Made by a program: the position numbers and the translations under genes
Notes under the pieces: generated by a model
What the model was told of the DNA's origin: nothing
The model's database searches: none
Seen by the model: the letters and a program-made list of their open reading frames with translations, nothing else
DNA from: an uncultured Myxococcales bacterium
GTDB lineage: Bacteria; Myxococcota_A; UBA9042; CAIXZC01
Reading direction: 5' to 3'
NCBI GenBank assembly: GCA_903895725.1
Contig: CAITUV010000008.1
Location: 67,502 to 131,501 of the forward strand
DNA: 64,000 nt
Shown here: piece after piece, positions 39,201 through 48,535 of the stretch
How positions within the stretch are numbered: position 1 is the stretch's first letter
Layout of the letters: each line of letters opens with the position of its first letter

Positions 39201-39431
39201 AGGCGGCCAGCAGAGGGTGCTGTGGGGGAACCATCGCGGCGGCCGCCATGACCCCCACCAGTCTTCCGACATCTGAATGCTCTCGTCGTCCGGGCATGAC
39301 CCACCTCCTGACGAACTCAGGATAGTGAACCTAACCCGATTTGTCAAGACACGGCAGACAGTGAACGATATTGGAACGGCCCGGCTGCGGTGCCGACCAG
39401 AGCGTCTCTCGGGGAATGTCGTGCTGTTGGC

Positions 39432-40325
39432 CTACCCCCTTCCTCCGCAACATCTGCCTACCGGAGATTGAGAAGGCACGAGAACCTGGCCACACCCCTC
39501 GCAGGCGCAGAAGACGGGGGCAGCAGGCCTGTTCTCGCCAAGCCGCCGTTTGATGCCAGATACGACACGAGCACGGTTCTCACGGGTATCGGGGCTATCG
39601 CGGAGCGGCAGCAGGGGCGGGACACGATGGCCGACATGGATCAACGCCCCCGTCATCGTGGGATCGACCGACGATGCATGGCCCCATCCGAGCAGGCCGT
39701 ATCCGAATGGCGCCGACTCGAGGTCAAGGTACTTCTCAACTTGGCCAATGGTGCGGCTGACGGTCTCATGGAAGTGGGCTCTACCAGCCGTTCCCCGCCA
39801 CCAGTCAGCTCCTTCGAGATCGCCGGTGCCGTCCTGCAACAGAACGTGAAGCAGCAGGGTTCGGTCGAACCCAAGCTCCGCAGCCCCACGCGCCTGGCCC
39901 GTTCCCATGCCCGAAGCGAAGGACCTGGGTCTTCCGTCGGAGTCGACCTTCCGGATCTTGACCTCCGCCTCGGCCAGGTAGTCGAAGTGCACCAAGCCGT
40001 CCCTGACCGGGCCAGCGATAATATCGAAGTCGCCAGGCTTGCCTTCGGGACCGTTGGGCAACAGAGCGGGCCGCTTCTCGTTGATGAAGCACCACGACGA
40101 GGCTGGAGAGAGCCCGAGCGACTCCAGAATCGGAGAGCGGACCATTTCGAAGAACACGGCACGCTCAACGATCTCGTGTTCGCCCAGATCAACGAGATCA
40201 GACTCGGCGGTGCCTGGCTGCCCCTTGAACGAGAAGCGAAGGGCACTGATCCCAGGAGTCAGAATGGCGGTATCCCACACCAGCGCTGGAAGACCCGGCT
40301 TTCCGTCGCACTCGTTGACAACCAT
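39432..40325 (-). CDS. Hypothetical protein, possible PD-(D/E)XK nuclease with C-terminal Cys cluster
   Basis: GDFDII....EAEVK and FCACEGCG; RBS GGAGG. Confidence 0.5.
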   Translation of the reverse strand: MVVNECDGKPGLPALVWDTAILTPGISALRFSFKGQPGTAESDLVDLGEHEIVERAVFFEMVRSPILESLGLSPASSWCFINEKRPALLPNGPEGKPGDFDIIAGPVRDGLVHFDYLAEAEVKIRKVDSDGRPRSFASGMGTGQARGAAELGFDRTLLLHVLLQDGTGDLEGADWWRGTAGRAHFHETVSRTIGQVEKYLDLESAPFGYGLLGWGHASSVDPTMTGALIHVGHRVPPLLPLRDSPDTRENRARVVSGIKRRLGENRPAAPVFCACEGCGQVLVPSQSPVGRCCGGRG

Positions 40326-40499
40326 GTCCGCCTCCAGCGAATCGCCCCCGATTTGTCGTCCGGCCCAGCATCGAGCCCCAGGCTCCGTCTTCCTCAGATG
40401 GCGCCGGCAGGAGATGCCTCGGGACTTGAGCGCAGAAACGCCTGTTGGATTCTATCACAGGTCAAGGGCGCCCAACCATTGCAGATTCTGCAACAGTTC

Positions 40500-41744
40500 C
40501 TACACCGCCACCCGCTTTCTGCGGTAGTTCAGCCGGGCCCCGGTGAAGAGGATGTTGGCGCCGCCGGTCTTCACCCGGAGCCAGAGGGGGCGGGACAGAT
40601 CGAAGGAGAACGGCACGGGGTCGTGGGGCGGTGTCGGGTCGACGAGGACGAGGTTCCTGACCACGCTCTCGCTGCCGTTGACGCCGATCGTGACCTCGCC
40701 GAAATCGATGGAGCCGCCGATGTAGTTGGCCAGGTCGGAGGTCGAGAAGCCGAGGATGACGTTGGTGCTGACGGCCCCGACGTTGTGGAGGCCGACGTCG
40801 ACGCTGATGAGCTCGGCACCGACGATGCCCCGGATGGGGACGTAGAGGGTGGTGCCCATGGCGTCGGCGACGGACTTCCAGGCGAACCCGAGGTTGGTCC
40901 AGTCCTGGGAGTTGCCCTCACAACCTTGCACCCAGTGAACGAAGCTCACCCAATCGTCGAAGCAGACGTCGGCCACGTCGTCCGCGTCCAGGGTCAGCTT
41001 GCCCTGGACCTCGAGGTCGCCGGTGATCGTGCCGCCGGCCTTGTCGAGCTTGGCGCTGTTCAGGGCGCTGTCGCCAGCCTGGCGGTCGGAGATCTCCTGG
41101 TTCAGCTTTGCTTTCACGTCCTCGACCTGCTGGATGCCGTCGGCACCGTAGAGGAGGACCGGGGAGCCCCAGTCAATGGTCTCGCCGTCGGCGTGGGTGC
41201 CCGGGGCCACGACGAAGATTATCACGTACCCGAGGTTCACGTCGAACTGCTCCAGCAGGGCCCCGCGCTCCCCGTGGACGATCTTCCAGGACCGGTCGAG
41301 CTGCTGGACAGCATTGTAGACCCGGACGGGCGGGCCGGACTGCTGGATGTCGGTCCACTCAGCGGCCCCGGCGTCCATGCGGCAGGTCGCCAGGAGGACG
41401 GCGTGCTCGGGCAGGTCCGGAGGTTGGGGATCCTCGCCGGGAGTCCCGGGGACCGTGGTGAAGACCGCGGGCGGGGCCGGCACGGTCTTCTCGTACTCGT
41501 GCTGGCAGACGACCAGATCGATGCGCGGGTGGTCCGGGTCGGCCAGAGGCTGGGGGACCGAGACGTCTTCGGTCTCCTCGATGCGGATCCCCTCCGCGGT
41601 GACCAGGACCCCGGGCGAGACGCTGCCGTCGGAGCGGACGTGAAAGCCCTGGCAGACCCCGGGCGGCATGACACCAACCAGGTGGCCGTTCAAGTTCTCC
41701 GAGGACCGGGGCCCTCGGTAGTCGTGGATGCGTTTCTGTACCAT
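40500..41744 (-). CDS. Phage tail-fibre-like structural protein
   Basis: Follows tail protein I; 'PRIDLVV..H' N-domain and 'KLDKAGGTITGDL' fibre-type motif. Confidence 0.6.
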   Translation of the reverse strand: MVQKRIHDYRGPRSSENLNGHLVGVMPPGVCQGFHVRSDGSVSPGVLVTAEGIRIEETEDVSVPQPLADPDHPRIDLVVCQHEYEKTVPAPPAVFTTVPGTPGEDPQPPDLPEHAVLLATCRMDAGAAEWTDIQQSGPPVRVYNAVQQLDRSWKIVHGERGALLEQFDVNLGYVIIFVVAPGTHADGETIDWGSPVLLYGADGIQQVEDVKAKLNQEISDRQAGDSALNSAKLDKAGGTITGDLEVQGKLTLDADDVADVCFDDWVSFVHWVQGCEGNSQDWTNLGFAWKSVADAMGTTLYVPIRGIVGAELISVDVGLHNVGAVSTNVILGFSTSDLANYIGGSIDFGEVTIGVNGSESVVRNLVLVDPTPPHDPVPFSFDLSRPLWLRVKTGGANILFTGARLNYRRKRVAV

Positions 41745-41760
41745 GGGGGGAATTCTCCTT

Positions 41761-42225
41761 CTATGCTGTGGGGAGCCACGAGTCGAGGTCCCCGTCGTCG
41801 AGGCACCTCTCGGGCTCGTCCAAGTTCCAATCGTCCCAGGTAGCCGGCATCAGGTAGGATTCGATCAACGCGCGCGTGTGCGCCGGCTTGAGGATTCGCA
41901 CGACGGAGTAGAAGACTCCCTGGTTCTCCACCAGCCCGTTCCACGTGAACACCTTGACCACGAAGTGCGACCACTTCGGCGTACCCTTGAAGGCTTCGTC
42001 CACCTGGACGCCGTACCCGATGGCGGCGAGGCCGTTCACCATGCCCGGGATGGTCCCGCCTTTCCTCTTGATCTCGTGCGCAGCGAGCACGCGCGTGCGA
42101 AGAGACTCGTCGGACTCCCCTTCCCCGCGGAAGATCTGCCGGGCCCGGGCGAGCTGGTCGAGCCAGGCCCCCGATGCGGTCTCCACCAGGAGCAGCGGGA
42201 TGATCTCGACGAGCGTGGCGCGGCC
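41761..42225 (-). pseudogene. Phage tail protein I-like (baseplate wedge) gene, 5' end lost
   Basis: 'TASGAWLDQLAR..ESDESLRTR...KGGT..G...KPAHT'; N-terminus replaced at ~42225. Confidence 0.75.
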
Positions 42226-42310
42226 CTGCCCGATGTCCGCGTCCGGCGGCTCGAGGTCGCCCACGGGATCCCCCTCAAGCTGCACATCGACATCACGGGA
42301 GGAGACCTCC

Positions 42311-43351
42311 ATGGGTAAGCGTATCCTCACGGCCAGTTCCATCCGGGCGCTGCGCAACTGCAGGAAGTCGTACTTCTGGCGGTACGTGGAGGAGCTGTCG
42401 CCCGTCCGCACCGACGCCGCGCTGCGCATCGGCAGCGTGTTCCACGAGTGCCTCGAGCGGTGGTTCCGGCTGGACCTCGAAGGGAAGCCCAAGGACGAGA
42501 CCGCAGTCGCCGCGATCCTCGCCCACATTGACGAGAGCTTCCCGAACCGCGCCGGGGACCCGGAGCAGAACCGCCTGTGGCACCAGACCCGGGGAATGGT
42601 CGTCGGGTACGTGGCCAGGTATCCAGCGGAGTCCTTCCGCGTGGTCGCGGTCGAGCAGACCTTCGAGTGCCCCATTATCCATCCCGCCACGGGCCGGGCC
42701 TCTCGCACCTTCCGGCTCGCGGGCAAGGTGGACGCCCTGGTCCAGGATCCCGACTCGGGCGAGTACTACATCATGGAGCACAAGAGCACCTCGCAGATCG
42801 GTGGCTCAGCCATCGAGAAGCTGCCCCTCGATTTCCAGGTGCACGCTTATGTGCTCGGACTGTCCCGATCCCTCGGGATCCCCATCGCCGGCGTCATCTA
42901 TGACGTGACGGCCAAGGTGGCTCTCAAGCAGCGGGTCGCGGAGACCACTGCGGATTTCGAGGCGCGTCGGTCGGAGTTGCTTCTGAAGTCGCGCTCCGGC
43001 AAGACTTCCGCGGTCCAGCGGCAGGCCGAAGCAGATTCGGAATTCCAGGCCAGAGTGGCAGAGCGATACCGGGATCCAGAGATGTTCCTGCGCGAGACCC
43101 TCTATGTCTCCCAGGCCGACGTCGACGAGGTGGAGGCGGAGATCTGGGAGCTCACGCAGCAACTCCTGACCGCGCACAGAACGGGCGTCTTCTATCGCAA
43201 CGACGCTCTTTGCTTCCAGTTCAACCGGCCCTGCGCCTACTTCCCGCTGTGTCGGGCCGGCGGCAACCCGAACTTCGTCGAGAACCTGTACGAGAAGCGC
43301 CCTGCGCACAGCGAGCTCGCAACCAACGGCGACGAGTCGCCGGCTTTCTAA
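42311..43351 (+). CDS. PD-(D/E)XK (RecB-like) phage exonuclease
   Basis: C.RK, GSVFHE, VEQ.F, GKVD, EHKS, Q...Y, C-terminal Cys cluster; RBS GGAGGAG. Confidence 0.85.
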   Translation: MGKRILTASSIRALRNCRKSYFWRYVEELSPVRTDAALRIGSVFHECLERWFRLDLEGKPKDETAVAAILAHIDESFPNRAGDPEQNRLWHQTRGMVVGYVARYPAESFRVVAVEQTFECPIIHPATGRASRTFRLAGKVDALVQDPDSGEYYIMEHKSTSQIGGSAIEKLPLDFQVHAYVLGLSRSLGIPIAGVIYDVTAKVALKQRVAETTADFEARRSELLLKSRSGKTSAVQRQAEADSEFQARVAERYRDPEMFLRETLYVSQADVDEVEAEIWELTQQLLTAHRTGVFYRNDALCFQFNRPCAYFPLCRAGGNPNFVENLYEKRPAHSELATNGDESPAF

Positions 43352-43365
43352 GAAGGAGGAGAACC

Positions 43366-43783
43366 ATGGGACTGCTGCCTGCCGAGAAGACGCCGAAGAA
43401 GACCTCCATGAGCGACCTGACGACGCTCCTGTACGGAGTCCAGAAGGCCGGGAAGAGCTCCACCTGCGCACAAGCAGAAGGGGCACTTTTCCTTGCGACG
43501 GAGCCCGGACTCAACCACCTCGAGGTCTTCCAGATCCCCATCGCGAGCTGGGATGACCTGCTTGCAGCGCTCGCCGAGGTGGCCAAGGGCGGGCACTCGT
43601 TCAAGACCATCGTCATCGACACGGCCGACAACGCGTACCGCTTCTGCGTCGACTACATCTGTGCGAAGAATGGCGTCAAGCATCCCAGTGATCTCGCGTA
43701 TGGCAAGGGCCACGCCCTGGTCAATGGGGAGTTCCTGCGGGTCCTAACCAAGCTGGCCCAGCTCCCGTATGGACTTGTCCTCA
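43366..43783 (+). pseudogene. Phage AAA/Sak4-like ATP-binding protein, 3' truncated
   Basis: LLYG..KAGKS Walker A, TIVIDT Walker B; breaks after LPYGLVL. Confidence 0.8.
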
Positions 43784-43928
43784 CGAGCGCTCCTACGTCG
43801 GCAAATTGCTCAACCTGACCCTCCTGTCCCCGGAGATCGTCGAGGCCCTCGTCGCCGGCGACGAGCCGGACGGGCTGGCGGTGATGCGGCTCAGGCAGGG
43901 GGTGCCGGTGCCGTGGGAGGAGCAGTAG
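43784..43928 (+). pseudogene. Integrase 3'-end fragment (copy 1)
   Basis: Encodes ERSYVGKLLNLTLLSPEIVEALVAGDEPDGL..LRQGVPVPWEEQ, nearly identical to the end of 60395..61834. Confidence 0.9.
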
Positions 43929-45726
43929 GACGAGGCATCTCGAATCCCCCAACAGGGCCGTGCAGGATGGACATGCGCTGCTTCAGATGTGCGATCTCCG
44001 TCTTCAGCCTCTCGTTCTCCCGGCGCAAAGCGTCTGGGCCATTGGGGTCCAGCTCGCGGGGGCACCACTTCCCGCTGTCCAGGTCGAACCACTGCGGTTC
44101 GTTGGAGGGAAGATCGATGCCGACCGCAATGCCATGTGCGGCCTTCCACGCCTCTGCCCGGTTGGCCAGCGCACGTTGCAGGTCACGTCTCTGGTCCGCA
44201 TTCCCATGTGTCAGGAAGATCGTTCGCCCTACCTGAGAAGGCTTGCCGTCGTATGACCTGAAGACCCAGTCAACCAGTCCATCCTGGTCCAAGTGCCCCG
44301 AATAGCCACGGCTGCAAGCAATCTCGGCCTTCACATCTGCCAGCCTCACCGAGTCTGCGTCTTCGAACTCGATTCTGTCGGTCAGCTTGGCCCTCTCCTC
44401 CAAGGGCAAGTCCTTGATGGCCAGGAGCTTGGCACCGATAGTCCCAGCGGACTGGAATCCGGTGAGCAGGATCGTGGTCGACTGAAGTGGCAGGAGAGCC
44501 GGAAGGTAGCCCAGTACCGGCCCGCCGTCGCACATGCCTCCGCCGGTGATCAGTATGGCTCCACGCCCGTCGCCAGAAGGGAAGTCGACGCGCTCCCTGA
44601 CGACCTCGTGGATTCGACGCCAGGAACGTACCGTGGGGGAGAGACTGCGGACACCCTCTGGGTCGAGCCGCATCCCGATGCTTGCGTTCGGCCCCGTCGC
44701 TGGTCCCTCGTCGCGGTACAGGACATCATCGAGAATGGCTGCCGCCACATCCTGGTCATTCTCCGGGCTGAGCCCCAGGGATCGGAAGACACCCTTCGAC
44801 AGGTTGAGCAGCTTCACCCCGCGCCTCGTCTGGCCGGTGCGCAGGATCTCCTTCCGATAGACGTCGCTCACTTTCATGGCCATCGGGGCATGCACCATGA
44901 CGGGAATCTGACCGTACTTGTCGGGCGCTGAGGCGAAGAGCATGTGCAGGTCGAAGAGGATGTCTTGGACTCTCCCGAGGGCAAATGCCGGAACCACAAG
45001 GACTCCCCTGCGCTCCAACACGCACCGATCCACTGCCCCGGCCAGGGTGTCAAGCCTTGCCCCGGGACTCCGGCACTCCTCTGGGTGGCGCCGGCCGCCG
45101 TATGTCGACTCCAGCACCAGGTAGTCAGACGGGTAGGGAGACATGGCGTGGCGGAGAAGGGGGAGTGTCTCATGACCCTCGGTGTTCACACCAAGGTCGC
45201 CCGAGAAGACGATGCTCTGCTGGGTATTAGGCTCTCCGGGCGATGGCTTGGGGCCCCAGACCACAGAGATTGACACTGCTCCGAGGACATGGGGGGTCCT
45301 GAAGAAGGCAACAAACACATCGGTGTCGATCGGGCGGAGGATGCCGAAGAGCGAAGTGAATTCTGGTTCCCGGAAGTTGATCCTCTTCACATCGCGAGTC
45401 GTGTACATCTTCGTGAGCCTGGCCGCATCTGCCAGGACGATGCGGGCCAGATTGGCGGTCTCCCTTGTGCACCAAACCGGTCCACGGAAACCTTCCCTGA
45501 CCAGTCGGGGCAGCAGCCCGCAGTGGTCCAGGTGCGCGTGTGTCAGCAGCACACAAGAGATCTTTTTCGGGTCGAACGGAAGCGGAGCGCTGTTCCAGAG
45601 ATCCGCCCCGGCCTCTCCCTGTCGCATTCCACAGTCCACGAGAAACTGGGAACCGGTCTTCTCGTTCACGAGCCAGTAGCAGGATCCAGTCACGCGGTCG
45701 ATGGGGCCAAGGAATCTGATCTTCAT
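43891..45726 (-). CDS. MBL-fold beta-CASP nuclease (CPSF73/YSH1-like)
   Basis: VDCG, THAHLDH, H.LG, FSGDLG, ESTYG, PAFALGR, GMCDGG, YSGH, THG; start MKIRFLG with RBS GAGGAGG. Confidence 0.9.
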   Translation of the reverse strand: MKIRFLGPIDRVTGSCYWLVNEKTGSQFLVDCGMRQGEAGADLWNSAPLPFDPKKISCVLLTHAHLDHCGLLPRLVREGFRGPVWCTRETANLARIVLADAARLTKMYTTRDVKRINFREPEFTSLFGILRPIDTDVFVAFFRTPHVLGAVSISVVWGPKPSPGEPNTQQSIVFSGDLGVNTEGHETLPLLRHAMSPYPSDYLVLESTYGGRRHPEECRSPGARLDTLAGAVDRCVLERRGVLVVPAFALGRVQDILFDLHMLFASAPDKYGQIPVMVHAPMAMKVSDVYRKEILRTGQTRRGVKLLNLSKGVFRSLGLSPENDQDVAAAILDDVLYRDEGPATGPNASIGMRLDPEGVRSLSPTVRSWRRIHEVVRERVDFPSGDGRGAILITGGGMCDGGPVLGYLPALLPLQSTTILLTGFQSAGTIGAKLLAIKDLPLEERAKLTDRIEFEDADSVRLADVKAEIACSRGYSGHLDQDGLVDWVFRSYDGKPSQVGRTIFLTHGNADQRRDLQRALANRAEAWKAAHGIAVGIDLPSNEPQWFDLDSGKWCPRELDPNGPDALRRENERLKTEIAHLKQRMSILHGPVGGFEMPRPTAPPTAPAPPA

Positions 45727-45844
45727 GTCCTTCCTCCTCAAAGGTGCCGGCACTTTGTGCCGACGTAGAGAGTCGTTTGACCGGCGGGCCACCTGACCGA
45801 GGGGACGCTCACGTTCCCAACACCGGTGGAATCAAGCACTCGAA

Positions 45845-47629
45845 CTACTGCATCTCCGTCCTTGTCACCTCCTTCGCACGGGTGCGCTGGGCCCCCTGCG
45901 TGTCTGGCTCCACCCCAAGGTGGAAAAGGTGTGCCTGTCTGAGCCACCAGAACGCTGCAAGCAGCGGTCGACGTGGAGACAGACCCTCACCAAGTCCTTG
46001 CTCGTGGCGGAGGTCGTTGTATGCCTTTGCCGCTGCATCACGCACGTCCTTGTCGGGGTCGTTCTTCGATACCCAGTGGAGTACGTGATGGGCGCGGCCT
46101 CTCGGGTTGACCTTGAGTTCCTGCAGAGCCCGGATGTAGAAGTACCGCCAGATAGGCCGGTCCTCGACGAAGTCTTCGTTGCGTGGGGTAGTCGCCGTTT
46201 CCGGGCCATCGGGCTGCCGCTTCGTCCGCAGTCTCTCAAGGCAGAAAGCTGCCATGTCGGAGCGCAATTCCATGAGGCCCGGATCCTTGGTCTCCTCGTC
46301 GCGGAGAGAGTGGACCAGCATGGCAATCTTGTTCGGGATCATGCACCACGGATACGGCGGACGTTCCCTGTCCCCGTCGACCCAGTAGCGGAGATCCTTT
46401 GCCACCGAAGGCACGCTGAGCCCTGACAGCGCAAGGAACAGTGGCTTCAGAGCCTTCCAAGGAGACTCGACCCAGAAGAGGAACTCCGCCGCGGCACTAC
46501 GCACGGGCCAGTCCAATCTAGAGTCGGCACCCGCAGCGCCGGCATCCCTGGCCAGGGACCGCAGCGTGCCCAAGTCTCGTTGCGCTTGATTCGTGAGCGC
46601 CAAGCCCATCTCCGCCGGAATGGTCTGGCCGCACTTGTGCGTCCTGACTCCGTAGCGATACCACGCTGTGCGCAGCGTTGGTCTCTCGCCCATCTGATCG
46701 CGTCGGCGGTCAAGCAACTGAAGTCCGTCCCACCAGAAGGGTTTCAAGCTCGAGATAACAGCCTCAGCCTCCTTGGGATCCCTCGGCTTGGTGAGTTCAA
46801 TGAGCTCCGCCAGGTTCATCGCCAAATGCCCTGCGGTCTCGTCCGGTTCGTCGACCAGCGCCGGGAGAAGGCCACGGAACACAAGATGGTTGGCAGGATC
46901 GAACTTCCGAGTCACCGACAGCCAGAAGACCACAGATGCCCGATCGTCGGGGCTCGCGAGAAGCGCCGACATGTTGCAGTCCGGCCGCCGTAGAGCGGTG
47001 AGGTTGATGGCCTTCGACAAGAATCGGCTGTCCGCGCGTTGAACATTCGCCAGGAGGAAGAACAGAAAGTCCCTGTCCAGATGCTCGCCCTCCTCTTGAG
47101 CGATGCGCCTGATCCCGCAGCCCCAGTCGACACCCCTTGCGTTGAGGTAGTCTCGAAGCCAGGGAGCCAGTCCCGGTGTAGACGCTGACTCTACTTGCTG
47201 CCCCCCCAGGCGTTGAAGCACCCCCAAGAATAGGTCCAGCCCCAACTGCTGGCCCCACTGCTCCAATGTTCCTCCTGGCTCGTCAAGGACTCGGGCCGCC
47301 GGAAGGTCCACTGGCCCCCCCACGCGATGACTCGGCACTAAGAATGCTTGGAGAGTTGCCGCCAGACCTGCGTCTCGATCCCCGCCGTTCACGCTGAACA
47401 GCTTGCAGACATGCACTGCCATAGCGATTACTATGTCGTGGAAGTCCCGAACTCCAGTGAAGGCCTCGTCCGTGCCCCCGGAAGCCTCCAGTGCGAAGAC
47501 ATCCCGGGAGCAGAGCAGCCCAGCCAACCACTGGGCATCCTCCACGGGCACTTGGCCTGCCACCAGGACACTGTAGACCTCGTCCTTCGAATCCAGTTCC
47601 TGCCACTCTATCGGCTTGAAACCCACCAT
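45845..47629 (-). CDS. Helical hypothetical protein upstream of the beta-CASP gene
   Basis: 594 aa, RBS GGAGGTG; HEAT-like 'NDPDKDVRDAAAKA' near the C-terminus. Confidence 0.75.
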   Translation of the reverse strand: MVGFKPIEWQELDSKDEVYSVLVAGQVPVEDAQWLAGLLCSRDVFALEASGGTDEAFTGVRDFHDIVIAMAVHVCKLFSVNGGDRDAGLAATLQAFLVPSHRVGGPVDLPAARVLDEPGGTLEQWGQQLGLDLFLGVLQRLGGQQVESASTPGLAPWLRDYLNARGVDWGCGIRRIAQEEGEHLDRDFLFFLLANVQRADSRFLSKAINLTALRRPDCNMSALLASPDDRASVVFWLSVTRKFDPANHLVFRGLLPALVDEPDETAGHLAMNLAELIELTKPRDPKEAEAVISSLKPFWWDGLQLLDRRRDQMGERPTLRTAWYRYGVRTHKCGQTIPAEMGLALTNQAQRDLGTLRSLARDAGAAGADSRLDWPVRSAAAEFLFWVESPWKALKPLFLALSGLSVPSVAKDLRYWVDGDRERPPYPWCMIPNKIAMLVHSLRDEETKDPGLMELRSDMAAFCLERLRTKRQPDGPETATTPRNEDFVEDRPIWRYFYIRALQELKVNPRGRAHHVLHWVSKNDPDKDVRDAAAKAYNDLRHEQGLGEGLSPRRPLLAAFWWLRQAHLFHLGVEPDTQGAQRTRAKEVTRTEMQ

Positions 47630-48535
47630 GTCATCACCTCCAGGGCGACGTGCCTCAAATTCGAAACCATCGGCGCTTTGAGGCCTCGGCTTGGGGGCCG
47701 AGACGGAGGGCCAGCGTTATGCCAGCATGCACGGCGCCTATCTGTCAACGCCTCCACGGTACGCAAGCGGAATCGCGCTGTCAAGTCTCGATTGCCGAAA
47801 TCTCTCTGGGCCGCTCCAGAGGCGGACCTGCTGTGCTTGACCCGGGACTCGGTGCCAAGTAGCCCACGGTTCCCCAGCGACGCGACCATACCTCGCGTGA
47901 CTAGAACTCGGACCCAAGTCCAGAAACGCCCTGACGCCCCTCTCGTCAGCCTCCCATGCGGGTCTGCGGGGCCTGCGGGAAAGAAGGGGCCTTCCGCTTA
48001 AGGCCCGGGCTTCTCAGAGACAGAGAGCGAGAACGGGGCCGGGAAGGGGGAAAATGGGGTCCGGGCGGCGAGGGCGAGGCCCCTTGTTGGCAGACGGGTC
48101 AGGAAGGACGAGAAGCGGATCACGGCCTGGGGACTGGCGGAGAACGGCGTCGTGGACGCAGAGGGGCGCGGACGGTCAAGGACCGTCGAGAGACGGGTTC
48201 GTGAAATCGGGTGGTGGAGGGCGCGTCGCTCGGCAGCGAACCTCTCCATGGGGAGAGCAATAAGGCCCCTGGCGACTCGTATGTGCCCGTGGAGATTGGA
48301 GAATTCTACGGACCTGACCGCAGAGACGAGTTCGTCGCCGAGCACGGGGAGGAGGGAGGGCGTGGAGCCGACGACGAACGGCACGCTGCAAGGCCAGCCG
48401 TTTACAGGCCGGACTCACGAAGTAGGAGCCATCGATGTGCATCGACAGACCGAGCCCACTCGGCCACTTCTGCCTGGACAATCTGACCGAAGGAAGGCAT
48501 TGTAGATCCGCGGGTTTGGAGGTCCCGGCGAGAGC

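Larger units (their letters stand above)
11500..40400. mobile_element. Putative integrative defence island (boundaries approximate; att sites not found)
   Basis: Begins with a recombinase-ParB-ParB module and carries helicase, nuclease and methylase-type cargo plus an IS. Confidence 0.55.

Noticed and set aside
37467-39347. 626-aa ORF as an intact gene (likewise 41761..42726, 56433..58850, 59325..60449 at full listed length)
   Set aside because: The N-terminal extensions are read-through across junctions or non-coding DNA; better starts or breakpoints were identified.
39390-41843. 817-aa + strand ORF
   Set aside because: Antisense shadow of the two - strand genes; long shadow ORFs are common in GC-rich DNA and this one has no motifs.
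42311-43351. Cas4-like nuclease suggesting CRISPR-Cas
   Set aside because: No repeat-spacer array or other cas genes seen; the adjacent Sak4-like ATPase indicates a phage recombination module.
48100-48420. Possible tRNA 3'-end attachment site (TGGCGGAG..., GGAGGAGGGAGGG...)
   Set aside because: No T-loop (TTCGAA) or cloverleaf could be built.
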